Source of the DNA: Chrysomallon squamiferum
Taxonomy: Eukaryota; Animalia; Mollusca
Assembly: GCA_012295275.1 (NCBI GenBank)
Contig: CM022676.1
Coordinates: forward strand, 2,418,001-2,482,000
Length of the DNA: 64,000 bases
Direction of reading: 5' to 3'
A program made the translations under genes and the position numbers. Shown piece after piece: positions 34,082-49,964 of this stretch. Under the pieces are notes generated by a model. It worked only from the letters and a program-made list of their open reading frames with translations. It made no database searches and had not been told where the DNA came from. Numbering within the stretch: the stretch's first letter is position 1; every line of letters begins with the position of its first letter.

Positions 34082-34671
34082 GTAATTAATCTTCAAACAA
34101 TATGTCTGGGAACCATGGAAGTGATGAAGATAATGAAAGTTCTGAAGATTACTGATATAATCAGACAAATGTAAAACCTGCGAATCAACCCAGTCAGTAA
34201 AGATGTCTGTGAAGAACACACAAGATCTGAAGTTTGTCAACAGTCAGTCACTGATTCACTGAATAAAACTGACGTGAGCAACAATACAGCAGAGAGCCAA
34301 CATCCAACCAGACAGAATCACAATAATGTTGATCAACAGAAAACAAAACATATTACTACTATTGATGTGAAAATCAAATTATAAACAAATGAAGTAGTTT
34401 CAAAATTAATTTCTTTTTTATTCCAGACTTTTTTTTTTTCTTCAGCTCAGTACACTTAGCTACGTTCTTCATTATTTCAGATAATTTCTAGATGCCAGTG
34501 ATTGTTTGTGGATTCTGCTTAACTAATCAAGGAATAGCTTTATTTCTATCTTCTAATTCTGATATAGCAAAAAAAAAATCTTTAAAAAGAAGTTTATACT
34601 ATGTTGACTGTTTTAGTTCCACACTGAGTAATATGCTTATTAACATAGATAAAGTTACAGCTTAATGCCTG

Positions 34672-34729
<58 letters not shown>

Positions 34730-35381
34730 AGAGTGACATAAATGCAAATCTGCTTTTTTATTTTACTTAAAAACCTTTTATAAAACTTTTTAACAGTTTT
34801 GAATATAATGTTTGCAGTAAGAACTTCCATGACAGATTAAAATATATTAAATAAAATTGTGAAAAACTTTGAAACAAATTTATTTTCTCTTTCATTCTTT
34901 CTTTCCTTCTTCAATAGATGATAGAGCATCACTATTACTATTATATACCTGGTTTTTATGTATGTAAAGTTTCACCAATACATATGTTGAATATGTATGG
35001 TTTGAGCCCAGAAATTACCAATTGTTGGCCTGCTCTGTCAGTATGTTTTGTTGTGGAATATCCTGGATGACCATTTTGATGAGACGGACCAGAATGTTTA
35101 CATTTGATATGATTATATTTCTGATTTATTATCTGCAATTATAGTTTGTAAATTAGATATTACTGTTACTTGTCTAGTTTTAGTAATCAGATTACACATT
35201 TTGCATCACCTTGTCCTTTGATATTACAGTAATAATAATTTTATTATTAATATTATTATTTATTGGATATTTCTAATTTTCTTTTTTAAAATGTATTTTC
35301 TCCACTTCACTTGTTTTTACCATACTAAAGTTTAATTCATAAACATTATTTATTTTATTCCTATTAATGTGTTTCTATTAG

Positions 35382-35414
35382 AATCAACATGAACAGAAAC
35401 AACACCATCAAGCA
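35382..35414 (+). pseudogene. 33-nt Ser/Thr-rich stalk micro-exon with internal TGA (EST*TETTPSS)
   Basis: TATTAG acceptor, GTAAGT donor, phase 1-1. Similar remnants near 36380 and 36521-36553. Confidence 0.4.
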
Positions 35415-37664
35415 GTAAGTAACATAATCACATTGTTAGCCCTAACCTTGTGCTAATCATTCATGTAACCTCAGTTCCCCTTCCACTGGTTTTAATAAAA
35501 AAAACTGAAATCTTATTTTGCAAAATCACTAATTGATTTTAATAAAAATAATTATTATAATTATAATATTTGTATTGGTGATAAATATAATTTTTCTGAT
35601 AAAGTCCAGTTTGAAAATTTACATAATTTTTTATATTATTTTACTATTTAGCTATAAAACTGTTAATTATTATTATATTAATAGGTAATTGTATATGAAT
35701 ACATGATGTGTATTTATAGATTAGTTAAATAACTGTCACTTGGTTGGAGTCTTTCATACTGTTATGTCTCATCTCATCCTTTACTCCTAAAAAAAAAAAT
35801 TAAAAATTTGTTATTACATTAAACTTATACTTTAATACTTTTGTTAAAAGTACTGACTTCAAAATCTCCTTTTTAAATTAGCTTTATTTACAATAATACA
35901 ATTCAGTATTGCTAATCATTGGATGTGGGTAATTTTTAGCCATGCTTTCCCAGCATACATGTGTTCAAGCATGCTTGTATTGGTCACAGTCTCAGACTTA
36001 TAATTAATGCTGTGGCATATTTAGCTGCTTGTTTCTAAGTGTCTGGCTGTTTTAAAATATTAGCTGAATAAAAGTCTTTACTCAGACCGCTGTTTAAAGT
36101 TCTATATCATGGCTGGTGTAGTTATAACATGATGTTACTGTTACAAATGTTAAAGTTAAATACAAAGCATGAAACCTTTTATTTTTTATATTTTCATTTT
36201 TTTAAGATATTTACTCAAAATTACTTTGAAATGTCATTCTTAGATTTATGTTTAGGTTTGTGTTTGTTTTTGAAATTAGTATACTCTTTTACTTATTTTT
36301 CTGTTTATTGATATTTTTCATATATTTAAAAAATTGTGTTCATTTTTAAATAGTTTAATGTATTGTAATATAATTTACAACAGCAGAAACAACACAGTCA
36401 GTCAGTGTTTGTATACATATATACATGCGAGTACTCCTTCCTTTAACAAGCTGGTAATTATTTAAGTAATAGATAGTATTTCAATTTTTTTTCTGTGACA
36501 ATGTTTTATCCCATCTTCTGTTTCACACAAAACAGAGGCAAAACTGAAATCATGTAAGTATAGGGATCACATTAAATAGAAAGATAATGGTGAATATAAT
36601 TAAAAATAATCTTCAGTTCAGTTTTGAACTTTGATAATGATACTAAAACATCATGAAATAAATAGATGTAATAATTTTCTTTATTAAGTCAGCATTGACT
36701 GGTTTTGTTATATTATACATTTTACCCCATACTTTATTTCTTTTTTTTATCTTTTTTTTTCTTTTTTTTTTTTATTAACACTAATAATTATTATTATGAT
36801 TATAGATATGTATCCGATTTCTTGTGATTACATTAAATATTAAAATTGTAATTTTCGATATTTGTTAATATTACTAGAAAAACTATAGAAAAACTATATA
36901 AAAATGTGTTCAAGATTTTTTATTTTTTCAAGGAGCAGTGTAAAAGCATTGTTTGAAATTTAAATAGTGGAACTTTTAAAATCTTGTTTGATGTAAAGAA
37001 TGTATTGTGATTTTCTCAGTTGCTCATTTTAAATCCTATATTAAGATATTTTATTCATTTTTCTTATCAGCTTTTGTTGCACAAATAATGTTTTCATTTT
37101 AGATGTGTGACTTGTTTATGGAGTAAAGCTGATATTTGTCTCACATTCACTTTCACTGTATAAACTGAAAACAGTTTAAAGCAGTATTACTACACAGTTA
37201 AATAACACAAAAGGTGTTTTTATTTGTTCCAGATGCTGCAGGCAACAATCACTCAGATTGCTCAGTTTGTTTCCTGATGTGAGATATGTTTTACTTTGTG
37301 CATGTTTTGCATGTAAGGTGTTGGTAGCTAAATACAAAACATTCACAGCCCATTTTATTGATTTTATTTCAACTTCTTCATTGCATGAAAATACAGTCAG
37401 ATTGATTAATGTTGTGTTTTCAAATTTTCTTTTTTATCACCACCTAAAACTGCATCTCTGTTGCAGATAATCTCTCTGTCAGGCACATCAATTAGTTCAC
37501 AGTCTGTCAGATTACAGAATTGGTTGGAAATGCAAAACCTTGTTCTGTTCTTCTGTACAAACAAAAATGAAACTACACTTTTAATACTGAAGAGCTTTTT
37601 TGAAAAATTGATAAATAAACTGGTTAAGATTTGGAAGATGAACATTCAAACTCTTACTACCACC

Positions 37665-37721
<57 letters not shown>

Positions 37722-38329
37722 CAGTGCCTTTGTTTTTTGGATCATATTTATTTAGATTTTCTAACTATACACAGTATCTATATGCATGAACCCCCTATAT
37801 ATCACTATTAACTAATATAAACAATCACACTTACTAAAACATTCTCTAAGTTAAGAGGTAAGGCAATGTATATAATGTGTATAATATTCTGAAACATGAT
37901 ATAGAAATATTATAGGGTTTGCTTACAAATATTGAATTGTTTCAATTGAAATGTTCTAAATAACAAGAACATTTGAAATGTTTATAATATTTTTACATGA
38001 GTCTAGTAAATGATAACGGCAGAGAAATGCATGCAGCATTTGAATCTTTTTTTCTTTTCTTTTTTAGAATTTAATTTTTTGAAGAAATAAGATATATATC
38101 ATTTTATATCTGATTGGAAATTCACAGGATATACAAATTACTGGTTTGTTTAACAGCATTCTACTTGGTATCTGGTCTAAGAAGATGCCTGTTTAAAAAT
38201 AAGAGTACTCCATAATATGATCAGCTTTCTCTAATACTAATATAAGATCATAAGTATGATTAACATCTGGTAACTGCTAATGTATAAAATAAATGTTAAA
38301 GATGTAAACTTTTAATGTTTTATTTTCAG

Positions 38330-38431
38330 CTGAAGTCTGTGAATGTGACTGTACAGTGGTTCTTAGTGTGGTTCTGGCTGTCTGGATGGTTGTTGTAGTT
38401 GTCTACTTATTTCTGTATATGACCCTCCTGA
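38330..38431 (+). CDS. TM exon: EVCECDCTVVLSVVLAVWMVVVVVYLFLYMTLL
   Basis: TTTTCAG acceptor, GTAAGT donor, 102 nt, open, phase 1-1, strongly hydrophobic. Confidence 0.65.
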
Positions 38432-38929
38432 GTAAGTATAATTTTAAAAACATTTCATAAAGCCAAGTAACTGGTTACAAACCAGTTTCATTATGGAAGA
38501 CAGTTTTCTATTTCTTTATTTTAGGTAACATACATAATATAGGTTTGGCTGCCTTTAAGACTACCTGAAAATACAGTATCAGTTAATCAAATTTAATTAT
38601 TTATTTATTTATTTATTATTATTTTTCAAGTCTTTTGGAGATAAACTATTTAATGTAGAAGTGAAATAACTAAACAATGATATATTAGTGGTGTACACAT
38701 TTTATATCTGTTTCTGAAGATTTTAAAAAACGATGGATTGTCCTTGTGGTTTTTGGTTTCATACAAATTGCTCTTGGGCTGATTTCTGTGGGCTGTCTTA
38801 GTATGGAACATACATGTAAGTAAATGCATATTGCCTTACCTATACTGCAGAGTAGGTTTGAATTAAATGTTAGAATGTCTGTCCTTATCAATTCGACAGT
38901 AATATTTCACAGTGAATGGTTTCTGGTTT

Positions 38930-39310
38930 GAATATCACAGTTCTAGTTAACTTAAACTTTAACAAATTTGTATTTAAATGTCACAGTTCTAGTTAACTTA
39001 AACTGTAACATTTGTATTTCAGTATCACAGTTCTAATTAATTTAAACTGTGTAACACATTTGTATTTAAATATTACAGTTGTAGTTAATTTAAACAGTGT
39101 AAGATATTTGTATTTAAATATTACAGTTCTAGTTATTTTCAACAGTGTAACAGTTTTATTTGAATATCAAGTTCTAATTAATTTAAACTGTAACACATTT
39201 GTATTTAAATATTACAGTTGTAGTTAATTTAAAGTGTAACATATTTGTGTTTGAATATCACATACTAGTTAAGTTAAGCAGTGTAACACATTTGTATTAT
39301 CATAACTGTG
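38930..39310. repeat. ~45-50 bp AT-rich minisatellite (TTTGTATTTAAATATTACAGTT.TAGTTAA...)
   Basis: About 8 degenerate copies; inverse copy at 27260-27421. Confidence 0.8.
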
Positions 39311-39359
39311 CTAGTTAATACAAAAAGTGTTACTGATTTCATAATTGTGTTAATTTCAG

Positions 39360-39461
39360 GCAGTTCATGTAAAAGCGATGTTTATGTGGCAGGGGCATTT
39401 TTCTGTGCTTTGTCTCTGCTCTGTGGAGCAGTGGTTGTCATTGTTGTACTGTTACGGAGAG
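39360..39461 (+). CDS. TM exon: GSSCKSDVYVAGAFFCALSLLCGAVVVIVVLLRR(G)
   Basis: TTTCAG acceptor, GTGGGT donor, 102 nt, phase 1-1. A candidate 30-nt exon follows at 40168-40197 (GSWNLTGQTS). Confidence 0.68.
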
Positions 39462-41547
39462 GTGGGTGGTTTACCACTGATCCAAGCTTTAGACGTACAC
39501 GTTAAATGTTCAACATAACGTTAATTGAAAAGAAACAAAATCTTATTTAAGAAATTTCTTCAGTTTGACAACAAAATAAAATACATGAATAAAAAGAATG
39601 AAATATTATAATAATGATGATGATGAAATATGAAATATTAAATGTAATTTTTAAATACAAAATAAAACGAAAGTTAATTCTTTTGGAATTTTTTTTTTAT
39701 CCTTTTCAAGGTATTTTAATCTAAATGTGTGAGACAAAGTTTTAAGAATGGTTGTAGATTTTTGTTTTTATTTTAAATTGAGCTTTATTTTTTAAATATT
39801 GTTTTGTAACATGCATATGTCAAATATTAATTTCATATTTATACATCTGCTTTGATAACTTTGTATTAGTGATTCACATTTCAAAACTTCTTAAACTAAT
39901 TTAATTTGACTTAAAAATTCACATATGTGATATGTATTCTAATAGTTAAGTTTTTGTTATCTTTTTAATTTTTTTGAATTGTAATATATCTAGGTAAGTT
40001 GATCTGTTTGTTTTATAAAATATGTTTATATAAAAACGAATATAAAAATGCTTATAAGTTAAATCAGTGAAACCTGGAAACATTTTTCAAGTTTAAATTC
40101 ATTTTGATAGTTTTATTTAATTTAATTTAGTTTAAAGTACTTTAAATACTCAGTTTACACTTTTCAGGTTCATGGAATCTTACAGGTCAAACATCAGGTG
40201 GGTAAGTGTAAGTCTGTGACTAAATGTATAATTCAAACACACACTCACATACACATACGCACACACTTACACACACACACACATAGAGACATACCAAACA
40301 CACGGACACACACACACACACACACACAAACAAACAGACAGATTAAACAGATGCTCACAAATACACATAGATACACTTTATTTTGTCTTTCTTTTGTTTG
40401 TGATGAAAACACCACGTCGGCTACCACCATTTGAAGTAACTGAAAAAAAACCCAGAAAAGCGAAAGAAAAAGAAATCGAAAAAGGAGCAAGGAAAATAGA
40501 AAAATCTAAAGAATCAGACACAACAGAAAATCAGAAACTTTAAAATGTCAGTTACTAATGATGAGAGACTGATCAACATCAATCTTTTAAACTTATTTTC
40601 AGTTAGCAAATAGATTAATATTATAAATTTTAAATGATACATCTTAGTTAAATCATTTTGTTAAGCCATCCAAGGCGTGTAATTTAGTTTGTTGATTGGA
40701 AGCTAAATTCCTGTTAAAATGAGAAGGCAAATGTTAATGCTAAGTGAAAATTAAATTTAATAAAATGTACTGTCATCTGAAACAAAAATATCAATTAAAA
40801 TGTCCTACATATGTCAAATCAATCATCATTTTTGTCGGTTAGTTTTGAGTAGTGGAAAACTCAGATCAGATTTGATGATACTGATGATGCAAAACAAAAC
40901 TGATTCTTGTCAGTTAACATTTTTTAGTTGTCTTTTTTCTGCTACCTGGACATTTTTATCTTTTAATGTTTTAATAATTTAACTTAGAACTTAGTACTAA
41001 TTGTTTTTATTATTTAATTTTTCTAAAAATATCTAAAGAAATCAAGGAAGTAGAAACTAAACTAAAAATAAAACACTGACAAATACTGCTTTGTCATTAT
41101 AACAACCTTAATAATAATAATATAATAAATCTTTAACAACGGTACTTCCGTCATTTCTGATGGAAGGGGCAGGTTGACAATTAGAGCGTAATGGTGTATT
41201 TGTCTGGGTGTGAATTTATATATGTAATGTATTTTTTATGTTTCTGTATGTCATGATGTTGCTTGTGAGTGTATGCACACGCATGAACATATATATCTAT
41301 GCATACAAAATGTTAACAAAAGTAATTACTGATTTAAAATTATAAATGGAAATTATGTTAGGAGGTTGGTGGAGAAGATATGGAAGATATAGCAAGGCTT
41401 TTTAAAATGTTAGACAGAAAAGCGTCAAGCACTGACTGCTGCACGTTATATAGTTCAATAGTATAGTGAAAAGTAAGAGACTAAGCCCAGCATACATATA
41501 TATATATATTTTTTTTTTTTGGGGTAGGGATTATTTTTATTACTTGT

Positions 41548-41658
<111 letters not shown>

Positions 41659-42142
41659 CTACATTGGTTTTCTGATGTCTGAGCGGCGAACTTTCTCGAA
41701 GGTAAAGTCAGATAACATTGTTAACTAATACATTCATTTTTGAATCTAGAGCCAGATTATTAATAAAAAAATACAACTGATGTCTACATCTGTGTACACT
41801 TTCAAGCTCTGAGTGATATTTTAGCTGAACTAGATGTCAGCTTCACACTTTGGTTTTCTTTCTAATGAAATTGTACGGTTGAAATAATTATTAATGCATT
41901 TGAGTATTTTTATTTTAAAAACGTTTTCCACTCGAACTTTGACCTGCGTTTTATCTGAGTAGATAACTTTTAGAGGAACATCAATCGTTGCATCGTTAAC
42001 AATTATGTTTGAGAACATTATTTTGTGGGTAATAAAAATAAATATTTATTTTCAGCGTAATACTCAAATGTACCATTTATATTTGTCAGTTTAATTAGTC
42101 CGGTTTTTTATTTGTTTATTGCTGTTATTGTTGTGTTGTGTA

Positions 42143-42214
<72 letters not shown>

Positions 42215-42220
42215 TTATTA

Positions 42221-42256
<36 letters not shown>

Positions 42257-43401
42257 TTATCTAAATTGTTTTTCGCATGTCGAAGGGCCGAACATTCTCG
42301 AAGGTAAAGTTTGATAACATTGTTAACTAGGTCACTGGACTGCGTGACAAAGTCTATTACGTACATTCTTTATTCGAGGGGCGGATTATGCAGGGTTTCC
42401 AAGTTTCTAATAAAGAAATAAAATTGATAAACTGATATCAACTTCTGTGTACACTCTGAAGTACTGAATAATATTTTAGCTGAACTAGATGTCAGCTTCA
42501 CAGTTTGATTTACTGACGAAGTGGATATGGCGACAAGCAATGGAAGAGAGCAAAGCGAATAACTGTGAACAGACAAATACTGTAAAGTTTACAGTGTAAT
42601 CTTTATAATTTGAAACTACGGATATTTAGTTATTGTTTCGCAAATCTTCATTATCTAAAGACTAATCCGCTCCTTCATTACATATACATCCAATATACAC
42701 TGCATACATTCAACACATAACGACGATTTCAGTGTATTTGTTATAAATAAACAATTATGTTTAGAAATGTATCTACATAAAAATCACTAATAATAATAAT
42801 ATTTGTTTGTAACAAAAATAATAACTTACCCCTTCTAGAAACGTCACCTTTAGCAATGTGTTGTATATGTAAATTATTTCCTAGTAAACGTATGTTTCCA
42901 TGAAAACAAAACAAAATAGTTAATAATTTCAATTTTAAATTTACATATTTAAATATAATAATAAGTAGTAGTTATCTTCTTAATATATTCCTAATTTTAT
43001 TTTATGAAAACTGAATTAAAAATCACTTTACCATTGATATAGTGATTTATTTTTCAAACGTTATCCACTCTAACAATGAGGAGTTTCAGGGAGATAACAC
43101 TTATACACTGATCCTTAAACCATCAAGAAGCATTTGACGAAATTATTTTTTTTGGTAATAAAATTAAATATTTATATCAATATTTATCCTCCGTCCACCA
43201 TGTTATACCTGACAGTTTATTCAAGTGAGTTTAGGCTTATTATTTTGTACTACGTTTTTTCAGCCCTCTAATTGTTTTACTTTTTATTTCGTTCTTCTTT
43301 TATTTTTTTTTTATTTTTGGTTCGTTTCTTCGTTTGTTTCTTTTGTTTTGGTGGGGAATGGGACTCTTGTTGGATTTCATTTTATTTCATTTTATTTTAT
43401 A

Positions 43402-43453
<52 letters not shown>

Positions 43454-43621
43454 TTCAGCGTAATACTCAGAGGTACCATGTCTAAATGTCAGTTTAATTA
43501 GGACGTTTTTTTTGTTTGTTTGTTTGTTGTTGTTTCTGTTGTTGTCTTATTGTAGGTGTACTTCTCCTTTTTCTTTTTCTTTTCATTTATTTATTTCTTC
43601 TTTTTTTTTTTTTTTTTTTTT

Positions 43622-43672
<51 letters not shown>

Positions 43673-45752
43673 CTTTTTTTCAGATATCTTAGCGGCGAAC
43701 ATTCTCGAAGGTAAAGTTTGATAACATTGTTAACTAAGTCACAGTAATACGTGGTAAAATCGTTTACAGATATTTCTGTTCTTTATGTTTACATCCAAAA
43801 CACACAGCAAACCTTCAACAAATAACCACTATTTCACTGTATTTGTTTCAAATGGATAATCAGGTTTCAAAATATATCTACAGAAAAATCAGTAATATGA
43901 AAAATCTTTGTTTCTAACGAAAAGAAAAACTTACCTTCTAGAAACGTCACTTTCAGCAGTGTGTCCTGTATGTAAGTTACTTCCTAGTAAATATCTGACT
44001 TTTTACAGGAAAACAAAGCAATAAATACTACTTTCAATTTCAAATTAGCTCTTTCAGAAATAATGATAAGTACTAGTTATCTTAATTTAGTCCTATTTTT
44101 ATTTTATGAAAACTAAATCAATAAATCACTTTGTGATTGAGATAATTATTAAGATAATTAAGAATATTTACTTTTAAAAGTTATTCATTCGAACTTTGAC
44201 CTGCTTGTTGTGATCTAGGTGTTTCAGGGAAGACAACTCTTATACAAACATAGATCATTAAAGTATTAAAAAACCTTCGACATTATTTTTCTTGCTATTG
44301 AAATTAAATATTTATGTCCAGAATAATTCTCACATCCGCCATGTTATAACCGACACTTTATTTAGATTTGGGCTTATATATAGAACTTTCTCGAAGTTAA
44401 GTTTGATAATAGTTGTTACTAGGTCACTGTACTACGTGACAATCTCGATCTCTCACATTCTTTACTCTGCGTGCGAATTATGGGGGTTTTCCCAGTTGCT
44501 AATAAAAGAAATACAATAAATAAATAAAACTGATATCTGCATCTGTGTACGCTCTGAAGCTCTGAATGATATTTTAGCTGAACTGGATGTCATCTTCACA
44601 GTTTTGTTTGCTGATGCAGTGGATTTGGTGTAAAATTTATAATTTCAACTTAGGAACATTTAGTTATTGTTTCGCATATCTTCATTATCTAAAGCCTAAT
44701 TCAGCCCTTTGTTCATTATATATACATCCAATATACATTGCATACATTCAACACATAACAACATTTCTTTGAAAAAGGTTGAATTTCATGCCATAGTGTT
44801 TGCTTATGATGATCGAAAAAAGTTGAATTTCACGCCGCGTCAGAAAAACTACATTCGGGTATTTTCATTGTCTAGTCCCCTGTATTGAACAACCACGCCG
44901 TTCTTATCTTGAATCACATACGAAATGTTGAGGCATTTTGCCCTTCAACCCAAACGTGTGGTTAGATGCTGATTGTGCAGCTGTAGCCAGATTTGAAGTG
45001 GAAAGTTCAGATACAACAGAACTCCTCGTCACAGTTGACTTCCGAGTTGACACAGTCAGACATGCTGCGATCAAAGATGTCGATCTGGACAACATAACTG
45101 ACTGTGGTTAACGAATGTCTTGGGCTCTCTAACGTCTATCAAATACGATTAGTTTGATCTTCGTTGATTCCGTCTGAACTGAGCAATGAAGGTCACAAGT
45201 TGTGGGTTTCAGTGTACGTACATTTCACCTAGTTATTAATTTAGTTGAGAATTTTTGTTTTTGAAAGTATTCACTCGGATTCTGTCCTGCTTTTAATCAG
45301 CTACTTGTTTCAAAGAAGATATCCCTTATACATCGATCGTAAAAGTATTAATCAGCGTTTGACAAAATCGGTAATGAAATTACAAATCTATATTGAGCTT
45401 TCATAATAATAATAAGTACTGTCAGTTTATTTAGGTGATATTAATCGTTGCTTTTCTTTTTTGTTGTTGTTTTTGTTTTGTTTGTTTTGTTTTTTCTATT
45501 ATTTTGTTCTGACACGCAGCCCCCCCTGACCGTTATTATTTCAGTATTACTTATGATTAGTACTAGTAGTAGCAGTAGTTTTAGTAGTTGTTGTTGTAGT
45601 AACTGTAATGGTTTATTCAGTTTTATTTACTCTTCTTCAGTTGTTGTTGTTCTTTCATTTTCATTTGGCTTTATTATTATTATTATTAGTTTATAAATAA
45701 ATAAAATGAAATAAAATTAAATAACAGTTACTCAAATACAAATGCGTTATAT

Positions 45753-45828
45753 TCCCGTGATGGTGAAGCTTTACTATCGCTGGACGTATAACTGAAAGGT
45801 CGCGAGTTCGATCACTCGGAGCTGCGAT
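45753..45828 (+). mobile_element. tRNA-derived SINE head or tRNA pseudogene (inverse copy ~20728-20801)
   Basis: CTGAAAGGTCGCGAGTTCGATC resembles a tRNA variable loop/T-arm B box. No complete cloverleaf seen. Confidence 0.45.
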
Positions 45829-46163
45829 GTTGTCATGTGGTGACTGTGATTCACGTGACCGTAAGTGAGAATCTGACAGGATATGTTGTTTGATTATGGA
45901 ATTAAAAAACATTCCCAAAGCTTCACATTGTTCAAGTCAACCGTGCCTGGTAAATGTATCAAAGAAGTCATTGTTTAAACATAAATGCTGCAATTTGATC
46001 ATGATGCATGGATATATTTTTCCAGGCAAATATTATATACTTATCCGATAATGATCATACAGATAATGGATATTTTATATAACTGCATTTTAGCGGACTG
46101 TAAATATCAGATATATTTATACTTACCAAATAATTAGACAGGTGACTTAAATATACATATTTT

Positions 46164-46306
<143 letters not shown>

Positions 46307-46335
46307 ACGAACTCAAACAGGCTGTCTTGTCTTTA

Positions 46336-46878
46336 CTAGTGTCCTCCAAGGTTGACTTCAACTATTCTTGCACGGTCTGTAGCCTGGACTTTCTGTATGT
46401 GTGTAACGAACTCAGACAGGTTGCGATGAGATTTTCGGATCCGGTTCTTCGACTTGTTGTAGAATCGTTCAAGCTTGATGTTGGTCCGAGGTCCCAGTCT
46501 GGCCCAGTGGTTCCAGAGTAGTAGCTGAAATGTGGCGTCATCGTCCACCCATGTGTGGGTGATGTAGTCGTTGAACTGATCTACCCTTGGAAGGTCGCGA
46601 CTGTCGTTCACGACGTCCTGCACTTGGTTGCGTGGGAGTAGTGACAAGACAGCGGCTCTACGAACATGGCGGAGTAGATCAGGGTTGTTCCTGTACTCGA
46701 CTGCAAGGTCTTTCTCTGAGACTTTCCTCCACACAGTTTGATTAAAACATCCTCTGATCTCGGCGTCTGGGTACATCTCTTGAGCAGCTTGGATAGCAGC
46801 CACCTCAAAGTCTGTCTGTACTACACGCGGTGTGGGTTCAGCTCCAGTTCTATCGTGGACAGCTTCATTTATAAACAT
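46336..46878 (-). mobile_element. MULE (Mutator-like) DDE transposase fragment
   Basis: TDFEVAAIQA..YP....RGCF..Q.VWRK, F.DY...TW and PRTN..LE motifs. Internal deletions, no N-terminus. Confidence 0.85.
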
Positions 46879-47076
46879 GGAATATTTTCTTTAGTGTATT
46901 ATACACTTAACCATTATTTTGTATATTGTAAAAGAAAAACAGATGAAATTAATGCTTACAAACCAATTAGTAGCTGTTGTTGCAGTAATTGTAGTGTAAT
47001 TGTAGTGTTTACTCTTCTTAATAGATTTTGTTGTTCTTTCATTTTCATTTGGCTTTATTATTATTATTATTATTAT

Positions 47077-47520
<444 letters not shown>

Positions 47521-47699
47521 AGATCAATTATATCTACATTACTTAGCTGCACCCTCGGCACTTCCTACATGGACTGAACCATTCCTTTCGGCCAGGAAGG
47601 TGGAGCGGATTCCTCTTGCACGTGCCAGTAAACCAGTAATAACCTGTTCCCCTACAGTTCACTAGGCGGAACCTAACCCTGGGCTAGATTAACTTTAGC

Positions 47700-47920
47700 T
47701 CTGTTATTATCACCTTAGATACGTCTTTATTACCACAACAGATACATCTTTATTATTACAATAGATATATCGTTATTACCACAATAGATATATCTTTACT
47801 ATTACAATATATACCTTTATTACCACAATAGTTACACCTTTATTACCACAATAGATACATCTTTATTACCACAATAGATACATCTTTATTATCACAATAG
47901 TTACATCTTTATTACCTTAT
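47700..47920. repeat. ~23-bp minisatellite (CTTTATTACCACAATAGATACAT)
   Basis: About 9 tandem copies. Confidence 0.85.
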
Positions 47921-48299
47921 ATCTCTTATATTGATCGTAAACGTATTAATACGCGTTTGACAACATTATTTTACGTTTCCAGTAATGAAATTAAGAATTT
48001 GTATTGAACATAATATCTATACTGAGCTTTCATAATAATAAGTACTGACAGTTTATTTAGGTGATGTTAATCGTTGCTTTTCTGTTGTTGTTGTTTTATT
48101 TTGTTTTTTTCTATTGTTTTCTTCTTCCCCCCCTGACCGTTATTATTGCAATATTACTTATGATTAGTACTAGTAGTAGCAGTAGTTTTAGTAGTTGTTG
48201 TTGTAGTAATTGTAGTGGTTTATTCAGTTTTATTTACTCTTCTTAATAGATTTTGTTGTTCTTTCATTTTCATTTGGCGTTATTATTATTATTATTTAA

Positions 48300-48392
<93 letters not shown>

Positions 48393-49188
48393 TCTGTCTG
48401 TCTCTATTATCTATCGTTCTTCATACTTCTTCCTTCAAATACCATTCAGACTATTTTATTTGTATGATGATTTCAGATAGTTTTTTTATATAATCTATTC
48501 TCTATGTAATCTATCTGGCTGTCTCTCTATTTGTCTGATTAGAAATTTCATATGGTTCTTTAAATGTCCCTAACGTTTTATATTAAAATGTAAACCAAAT
48601 TAGTCATTTTTGCATTTAGAAAACAAATAAAAATACGTTATGATTTGGAAATATTTTAATAAGCTAAAATGTCCAACTATTATTGCTACCTACCATTAAA
48701 ACTTACGAATGTAAATACATCATTATGACTAAATATTATAATTCACGTTGAGAAAGAAAGAAAACGAAACATTAAAAGAATAATAATAATATTATAATGA
48801 AATAAAATAATAACAGAAATAAACTTAGATTATTATCTACTAAAATGTTTTAACTGTATCTAAAAATAAAATCATTTGAAACGTGTATTTTCAAGATACA
48901 TTATGATTACATTCTCTAACACTCTAAAACACAAATATATGTATACAAACATTTACTGAATCCTAAACTTTAAAAAGCAACAAATATAATTATATTATTG
49001 TCTATAAATAGTTTAATATAGTATAGTGTAGAATAGTATAGTATTGTGTAGTGTAGTATAACACAGGTTAGGTCACTATTATATCGTATAGTAAAGCATA
49101 GTATAATATACTATAGTACAGACTAACACAATATAGTTTAGAATAGTATAGCAAAGTATAGGATACTATAATATTTTATATTACAGAC

Positions 49189-49237
<49 letters not shown>

Positions 49238-49964
49238 CACGTTTCAGAACTGCAAGTGTAACCAATTACCTTATGAATCAAATAAATTATAATCCAGATT
49301 CACGAAAATAATAATAATCAAAATTTAAAAAATAAAAAATAAAATAAAACAATGTACAAAATCTTTCCTCAGCACTCTTTAACAATAAAACAGAAGTAAT
49401 TTTAAAATATAAATAAGTAAAAATTAAAAACTAAAAAGTAAATTAGGAAGATATTAGTAAGTAACTCCGATGAAATTAGTTGAGTTGTTATCCAAGAGTG
49501 ATTTCCTTTGATTCTTAGCTCTATCCCGTAATCGGAGATGAACCAAACAATTTTGTAAAACCATGATTAAAACACACAGATGACACGTTACTATGATTAA
49601 TGTTTCCAAAGTAACACAAGAACAGTCATAAATTATGATAATGAAGTTAATAATAATACTACTATTGTCTAATACAATAGTTAATATTATTATACCAAAA
49701 CGAAAGTGAAATTCCTTTTTTAATGTTGGTGTGACTTTTTTCTTCTCTGTTATGTTTTGTGAGCTGCTGAGTTTGAGTACGTGTGTGTGTGCAGTTATGA
49801 GTGCACGTGAATGTGTGTGTAGAGAAAACTGCTATTAAAAATAAGATAGTTTAATCTACATTTATAATTTATGATTGCTACAGCAGTAGCAAGTTTTATA
49901 AGTATAATCTTAATCAAATTCACACAAGTCATTTTCATCGCGATACAAAGTTTGTTTTAATCCT

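Noticed and set aside
45753-45828. Functional tRNA gene
   Set aside because: Only the T-arm/B-box region is recognisable; acceptor and D stems do not pair.
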